Of a stretch of DNA of 64,000 bases, positions 52,001-61,000 are shown piece by piece. A model generated the notes under the pieces. That model made no database searches and was not told the DNA's origin. It saw nothing but the letters and a program-made list of their open reading frames with translations. Each line of letters begins with the position of its first letter. Positions within the stretch are counted from its first letter, which is position 1. A program made the translations under genes and the position numbers. Source of the stretch: Nemertoderma westbladi (Eukaryota; Animalia; Xenacoelomorpha); NCBI GenBank assembly GCA_032718475.1, contig JAUCBJ010004655.1, positions 1-64,000 on the forward strand, in the 5' to 3' direction.

Positions 52001-55000
52001 AACTGTTGATGACTGTTGTGTTGTAGATGATCTCCATATACAATACATTGAAAAATATATCGTAGTAAGTAGATGCTCTTTATTCATACTGTACCATGAC
52101 CACGGTAGACTCCAACTCGATACATTCCTATAGATTGTAGATACTCCGCGTACACTGAGTGGTTGCCATGCAGTGTAACCTGTGGGGTAGGCGAAGAGAT
52201 CCGCACGAGAGCCATAAAGGCGCATCATGTTGGAGGAGGGACACCCTGCGATCTGGATAGTCTAGTCGAATCCCGTCCATGCGTTCAACCGGTCTGTCCA
52301 GAATGTAAGTTGTTTGGTTTATGTTATGAACAGTTTACGTCCCTATACAACAATACTATACAGTATGTTATTTATATAGCACAATATATTAATTTTATCC
52401 CCGTACCCTTAATAATAATTTGAACAACTTCTAAGTACAGTTTCATTATCGAAAGTTTTTTTTGTAAATTACGATTTGATTACAATAATTATTATAAATA
52501 TATTTAAAACAATAATTTATTAAGTTTAAGATATAAAATAAATAACAATTACTGTAGGCCAAGTTCAAGCAAACAATCAACAGATCCGACGAAATACTGT
52601 ATTGTCAGTTAGAAGGCGCTATATACGGTACACTATACGGTACCCCCCGGGATATAGTGTGTATCAGTGATATGGATGTGAACGAAGAACACAACACCCC
52701 CCCCCCCCTTATCCCCAAATTTGTTAGCAATTTGGAAACAGATAGTTTCACCTCTCTCCACCTTATAGTAGGGTGAGCAGAATCTTTATTTTTGCTTTCA
52801 ATCTTTAGCTACAAATGTTTGAAAAGGTGTCTCGATATTGTGCACCGATATTGCATCAGTTACACCGCAGTTCGATTATTCTTTGTTGATACAGATGGAA
52901 AACAGGCCCCATGCGGAGGCGCGATGATTCCAAATATGTAGAATTTGGTAGGGAAATAGGCCAAACAGTACGGTAGCTTGTTATGGGGCGTTCTAATGTA
53001 ATGTTGGACATTTTGCACCCCCTGGAAACGGTTTATTTGAGTTAATAATTTATCCACATTCTGTTTCTCTTACCTGGGCAACAGGTGCCATACCTAGGCC
53101 ATGTACTGTATACTAATACTAGTACTGTACGTAGCTGTTTTCACACAATTAACTAGAATTATTATGTGTATATATTTATTAGAATAAACTAGCCTCGCAC
53201 AGATGAGAAACCATGTAATTTTTGAACGCTCATATCTCAGATATTTCGCAACGAAATTCAGGATCCATATTTGGAATCCATGGCACGATTTGCAACGTCA
53301 TCTTTCCATCGGTACCAGCGAATCAATATACGATTAAAGGGTGGATGCACCTGCAGTTTCACTGAAGCAATATCGACTTCGACGGTGACGGATACACCTT
53401 TTTCAAACGTTTGTAATCAAAGATTAAAACCAAAATAACAATTCTGACTCGCCCAGGATGGAGGTCAAACTAACTCCGTTCAAAATCAATGCAATTTAAT
53501 TAGATTTTAAGGGAAATTGGGAGGGGGGGGGGGGGGGGGGGGGGGGTGGATGGGTGGTATGGTGGTGTGTGTCCATCTCACTGAATTATGATACAGAGAT
53601 ATGATTCATGATAATTAATTAACAAGGTAGGACTGGTAAGTCATTTGATAAAATTATCAATTTGTGAACTCATTTTAACTAAAATATCTATATTTGTAGG
53701 GCCTACTGTACTAACTATTTAAAACCCATTTATTTTCCCAGCCGTTTGCGCCGATGAAGTTTGTGGAGTGGGTGAGGAGTGCGTCGTTGGGGCGGGTGGA
53801 GTAGCGAGCTGTGAGTGTCTGTCTTGCGGCGGCGTTCCAAACGAAACCAGTGTGCGGAACCGATGGGAACAATTACCCCAATCAGTGCCATCTATGGCGT
53901 CACGCCTGTCGGTCGAACAACGTCGATATCAAAGTACTGAAGGATGGCAACTGCGATGATGGTTCGTAGTAATGAATTACTAACTTAATTACGTTACTAC
54001 TTACTAGTTGATTACAATTACGGCGTTCTAGAACTACTATTAGTTCTAGAACGCCTTGATTACAATGATATACAGTAAAGTGGTGGTGTTCCTGTAGGTG
54101 TACATGAATTTCGATTGGTAACTTCCAGGTGGGAGATTCATTGCGTTGTACGAATCGCCAAGGAGAATCTATATTTTATCTGTTTAGGTCAGAAAAGTGT
54201 TTTATCTTCACACTATACAGTTAATTATACAGTATACAGTGATACGGTATAATACATAATAATATAAAAAAACAGCCAATTTCTCGTAAAACCTCCAGTG
54301 CATCTCGTGACAAATTAACCAGAAATTAATTTGAGAATCTACAGAACTGGCAGTTTTCTGTCATTAATTAACTGGCGGTTATATATCCTTTGATGAAGGG
54401 TATACAATATTTTAGTTAATTTATACTGGTGGACCAATTTGAAAAAGGGCACTTTTTATATATATGGATATTTTATTTAGAAATTAAAATATAGCCAATT
54501 AAAAAATTAACAGTTAATTAATATATTAACTGCCGGTAATTAAAATAGTAAAATAGATTAGCCGCAAAACTATACTATTGTAAGGAATATTATTAACAAC
54601 ACAGTTACAATACTAATTAATACAATTGAGTAATACGGCCATAACGCAAACCACAGAAAAATAATAATATATTGCATTGTTGTGTAATCATTATTAGAAG
54701 GAAGTATGCGCTCCCTGGGAGGATTGGGTGTCGTTAGTTCTAAACCGGATACGTCATTAGTTATAATCAAAGCATCAGTAGTTCTAATTGTGAAAGTCTT
54801 TGTTCCAATTGATTAGCACACAAAATTTAAATATTAATCCCCCCTCCCCCTCCTCCGCCTGTTCCTTCTTAATTCCCAATTAAAAATCACTTCCCAAGAC
54901 ATTTAAGGTGTGTGTACCCCCACCCCCCCCCCCCCCCCCCCCCCATGAACACTATTTTCAATGAAACAAATTTTCTTCGAATTACGGGGTGAGCTCCACA

Positions 55001-58000
55001 AAAGTCTGTGGTCTGGTTGGTTAATCATTTCTGGCACGAAAGAAGCACATCACATCACTTATAATAAGTTTTAAGTGTATCCCACCCAACTGCTGCGAAG
55101 ATGCGAAGACGGTTGTAGGAGTTGCGACCACAAGCGGTTTACTCTCGCAACTGAAAGATATGAGTATGAGAACCCTCCAGGAGAAATACCGGTTTGGTCG
55201 TCGCCCGGGTCAACAAGGACCGCGTCCCTCAGTGGTACACAAGGCTGGGGTCGATAAATTGGCTACTGGAACAGAAGACAGAAGAACCAACCTGTTGAAA
55301 TGTAAAAAGACACTAAAGATTGCTACAATGAACGCACGCACGCTGAAAGCACATAGCAAACAGGGTAACATGGTCGCTCTGGCAATGGAATATAACATCG
55401 ACATCATCTGCATCCAAGAACATCGGATTTGCCATGAAGACACTGCCATGAAGTACAATGACATTGGAAATGGACGGACGTTAGTAAAAAGCTCAGCAGT
55501 AAGAAACTCGACCAATGCATCAATTGGTGGAGTAGGAATTCTGCTAAGTCCATTTGCACTTAAGACCCTATACAACAACGAATCTATAAATTCAGGGTTA
55601 TGATCGCAACATTTGATGGGAATCCCAAGACAACAGTTATATGTTGCTACAGTCCAACTAATGCCTCAGAGCCAGAACAAGCAGCAAGTTTTATGAAGAT
55701 CTGGCTGAACTTATAAAAGACATTCCGAAACACAATGTTAAAGTCATTGCTGGTGACCTGAATGCGCAAATTGGCCCAGAAGACATAAAGGGTTACACCT
55801 ATAACACCAGTTCTAACAGAAATGGGTACTTACTTTTATACCTAATGGAAGAATGTGAATTGATACCAAGAAACAACACATTCGAAAAGAGTAAGGGGAA
55901 GCTATGGACCTTTCAATACCCTAATGGAAACAAAGCACAACTGGATTACATCCTTATAAACAAAAAGTGGAGAAACAGCATGATCAACTGCGAGGCATAC
56001 AGCTCGTTCAACCTAATTGGTTCGGACCACAGAATTGTGACTGCAGATACCAGACTCAGATTGAGAGCCAGCAATCCCAGGACAAAATGACTGGGAGAAA
56101 CTCAGAACTGACAATGCAGTAAAGGATGCTTACACAGTAGAAGTTAAAAACCGCTTTGAAGCACTTCAGTCAATGGATGAAGACCAGTCCACCGATTCAA
56201 TATACCAGAATATAATAACAGCCCACAAGGAATCAGCTAAGAGGCATATCCCCCAGAAACCCAAACGAAAACAGTATGTGCCATGGCAAAACTCTGAGGT
56301 TACTTGTAAGACAGAAGATCTCAAGATAGCCTACAAAGTAAAAACCGAACAACCAACAACCGAAAACATTAACAAGGTTGAGAAAGCTAAGGACGATCTT
56401 AAATTGTCCTACAACATCAACCAGGAAAAGTACATACAGGATAAAATTGAAGCAATTACAACTGCTCACATACAGCAACAATCAAGACTTATCTGGCACA
56501 CTGTAAATTAGGTATCTGGTCGGAAAAGTTGTGCAAAGGGGCGCCTCAAAGCCGATAGTCCTGAAGAACGTGTTGGGAAGTGGAAAAATCACTTCAGCAA
56601 CTTGCTTTGGCAGACACCAAACATCGAGGTCAGCCCTACAAGGAAAATATATGACAAGACACTACCTATAGAAACAGGGGACTTCACAAATGCCGAACTC
56701 CAAAGAAACATTAAAAGCATGTCCAATAATAAAGCAAGTGGATTAGATGATATCCCAGCGGAGGTATGGAAAACCGGAGTGCTAAACAGACCATTATTGA
56801 ATGTGATGTGGTCATGGATAGAGAGTAGCAAAAAGGACAAAGAAGTTAGGAAAGCAAAGGCTTGGATAGCTCTATCAAAAATGTATACCATCTGGAAATC
56901 AGATCTCTCCAGGCACCTGAAGACTAAGTTCTTTCGAGCCACAGTGGAAAGTGTATTTTTATTTGGGGGTGAGACCTGCACACTGACTAAATCACTTGAA
57001 CAACGAATTGATGGTTGCTACACAAGACTACAAAGGGCAGCCCTAAACATCAGCTGGAGACAACACATGACAAACGCCGAGCTTCATGGTACAAGCCACC
57101 TGTATCAACCACCCTCCGTGAACGCAGATTAAGATTCAGTGGGCACTGCTGGCGAAGTAAAGACGAGGTCATACCAGATCTACTTTTCTGGCAACCAACT
57201 CATGGAAAGCGTAGTCGTGGACGACCGGCATTAACATATATAGATCAACTTGAAAGGGATACTGAACTTGGGAGAAACGAAATTGCGACAACTATGGAGA
57301 ATCGGGAAGCCTGGAAGGATATCATTTCCACTGTCCGAGTTCGCTCGACCTAGTAGTAGTTGGAGAATCGGGAAGTTTGGAAGGATCTCATTTCCACTGT
57401 CCGAGTTCGCTCGACCTAGTAGTAGTAGTAGTAGTACAGTAGTATCCCATCCACGTATACAGTAACCACAATAAATTACCTCTTGCTATAATTTTTAGAC
57501 ATAAAAACTTAGCGATTTCTGGCATTGTCTTTAGAACGACTGACGCCCTGATTAGAACAACTGACGTTTGCTTTAGAACTAAAATACCTTTTCAGTTAGA
57601 ACTAAAGTCAATTGGAACTAATGACGTTTGCTATTAGACCAAGTGACGTTTGGGTTTAGTACTAAAGTCCATTGGAACTAAAGTACGTAGAACTAATAAC
57701 GGGATACCACTAGGATACGCAAGTCGTCGAGTCAGACAAACCAATAGAATCAATCATGGGATATAATGGTAGATAATACTGTAGTTCCAAGCCCCAGGTG
57801 ATTCGGGCGATGTGGTTGTAAAATTTGTAGTCATTTCGCTTCTTACAGGGCTCTACTGGAGTACCTGAAAGGTCTCAATTCTCCAAATGTGTTATTGTAT
57901 TATTCCAGGGGATGGAGGCTCTGAGCCAATCGAATGCGTCCGATTACGTCACGTTGGGCACCATAGTAACGAGGCAGGATGCAGGACATCGAACACTCGT

Positions 58001-61000
58001 GATTGGGGAGTTTGTAGAGGAGGATGTGGCGATATGCAGGATGAGTGCTGTCTACCGTCTGAAGTAGAAACTGTTACAGTACAGTTAGCCTGCCCAGATG
58101 GGTCGACTCAATCAACAGATATCGATGTAAGTTAACTTTTATTTTATTAATTACAATGACTTATAACGAACCTGTCTTTAGACTGGGTAGTTTTTGTCTA
58201 AAGCTGAGGCCGGCAAAAACACGATGGATATATTTACCTATATCACTATATATGTCACTATATCACTCACTATGTATGTTCACCAAATGGCTTGAAACCA
58301 CTTGCATGCATTGTAAAATTGTAAACGCAAGTATTTATCAATTGTTGTCTAGTTGTTGAATAAAAAAGTTGGGAACGATTCGAAGTGCGATATTCGAAAT
58401 ATTTGCATATTTTCAACATTATTGAACGCGAAATTAAATACCCACAACTCCCTTGCTTGAAATGTTTTTCAGGTGATTGATATTTAGCAATTATTATGAG
58501 GTTACTTACTACTGAAATCTGACAGAATGCCAAACGTATTATTATAGTTCTATCTCTATTCAGCCAGTTAGTGTAATGTCAAGCAGTACATAATTTATAT
58601 ATCGTATGTATCTATAGGGCCTAATTGTCATCGTTATAATACTGTCATCAACTTAGGCTAAGCTCAATTGTAATGCAAAGGCTTAGTAGGTTTTGTATAT
58701 CTGGGACGTTTACAACAGCTGTCGATTAAACTAACAAAACCATAAAACTGAACCAGGGTGGCTGCCAGCCGGGTACCAACGGCTGTTGGGTAGACTTAAG
58801 GGAACATTTCACAAACTTTCATAGGATGCTTGTACATGTACATTATATTGGTTGCTCCGATGTTTTTATTAGGCTAACTGAGAATGTATCAGGTATAAAT
58901 ACTGTAATTATAGTGTTCTTTATTTTATTTATCTAATACAGAAAGACCCCTCCTCAGAATAAACTGCTCTTTGGGACCGTTTCCCAGGTTACGGATATGG
59001 ATATCATTTCATACATCGCAGTAATTGTGATTATGATTTGTTTGCCTAGGCGAATGTGTATTACATTAGATGGGAGGCAGTTTTTTGGTTGATGCAAGTC
59101 ATTCTTGGTTTGCATCTTCCAATCCCATCTGTTTCTTGGAGTCTGTGTAAGACAGGTTCGTTTAAAGCCATCTTGATGGCGTTCTAGTTTACTGATGTAC
59201 TATAGTAAGCCCTAGCCTACCAGAGGTATATGACATTATGTATATGGCCATGTGTTTAAATGTTCCTATTAAATAGGGAAATATGCTGCAATTTTGGCAG
59301 AGATTGACAGGCTGATTATTAAGGTTATAAACTATATATTAAGGTTAAATATCGCTTATTGAAGATTGAGGTAACAGTGGTTCCAGTTGGAAATCTTAAT
59401 TTAAAATCAAGAAAAGCAATATTAACGAAAAATAAATAAACCCATGGTAAGTTTCGATATATTACAAAATAATCACCTTCAGCCAATTTAAAGTTTAAAA
59501 CTCAAAATTTAAAACATCAGTATAAAATACACATAAGCCTAACGTGTTTTATTTCTGATGTTTTCAATTTTGAGTTTGTGTTTTAAACTTTAACTTGGCT
59601 GAAGATGATTATTTTGTAATATATCGAAACGTACAGTACCATGGGTTTATTTATTTTTTCGTCAATATTGATTTTCTTGATTAAAATAAGATTAAAGTAA
59701 TATGTTAAATAAAATAAATGAAAAAAAAAAATCAATTAAGTATTAAAATTATTACTTTATTACATATTATTATTTCTTTAAGAACTAAAGGGACGTTAAG
59801 CACCATATTTTGGAGGAATTGTGCATTTTGTGATAAAAGCACCAAAACTTACCCAAAGATAGTCCATATATGGTGCTGATGTCTTGATAGAGAACCACCT
59901 CTGAATACCATTGGTACCCTTTTATCATGGTAACAAAGTCCACTTACCTTAGTAACGGGTGATTGGCTGAATTAATGTTCCCCGAAATTGGTCAAGTTAC
60001 TCTTTGATATGGATCTAGGACACTTCCCCCCCAGTTAAAGTGTTAAAATTAATCTGGGTGCACCAAAGCAACTAACAAAAGTTAAAAATGGTTACAGGAC
60101 AAGTTGTATCTAGTCAAGTTTTTTCAAAATTATAAAAGAAACATTTTTATAGTCAAATTTTGTTTGTTTTTCTTTTAATTAGGGGCTGCCGCCCCCAAAC
60201 CCCCGCTCCTTTGGTTGGGGGCTGCCGTCCCCAAATCCCGGCATTCCCTGTGTGCCCGTGGTGGAAAACTTTGAAACCATTTTGAAATAAATCAATTCAT
60301 GTTTGTATCATCAGATAATAAATTGACTAAGCCTAAAGTAGGAGCCGTATTGAATGTTAACCAAATTAATATATAAATTACTACAATATTATATAATTCG
60401 ACAAAATCCTATTAAAAATATTGCAAGTAACCAGGAAATTTAATTAATTTATCAATATGTAATGCTGAACACAGAATACAGGTCGACGCATGTCGATTTT
60501 ACCCTGGAGAAGTATAATTTTGATTGCAACAATAATATTCATCCCCATCTGCTACAATTTGAAGAAGACTATTACATAATAATACCTATAATTAAAACAA
60601 TTAATTATTATTATTATATATTTAATAAAAACTGTATATCATTCGGGGGATGGAATTTATAGGTCATCTAATTAATTGTTTAAAGATTAGCAAACAATAC
60701 AATGTAAATTACATTGATAAAATCCATAAATAAAACTTGGATATAAAATGTAAAATCGGGATGCAAAAGATCACTTTCTGAGCTAAGAAAGGAAAATTGG
60801 ATACAACTTGTCTGGATACAAGCGGTCCGTTTACCTTACAAAATGAAAAATAAGAATGTGCGAAGTCGGGGGGAAGTGTCCGGGGGGGGGAAGTGTCTGG
60901 GGGGGAAGTGTCCGGACACCTTTGATATACTGTATAGCGAAGTATTTAATCTCAAAGTGACCGAATATTCAAAGAATAGCCATAATAACCTCTACCTCTA

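Noticed and set aside
52028-52065. Possible micro-exon allowing the TSP1 exon to start at 52109 (TPTRYIPIDC)
   Set aside because: Would need an intron of about 43 bp; the acceptor ending 52133 already satisfies phase. Unresolved without cDNA.
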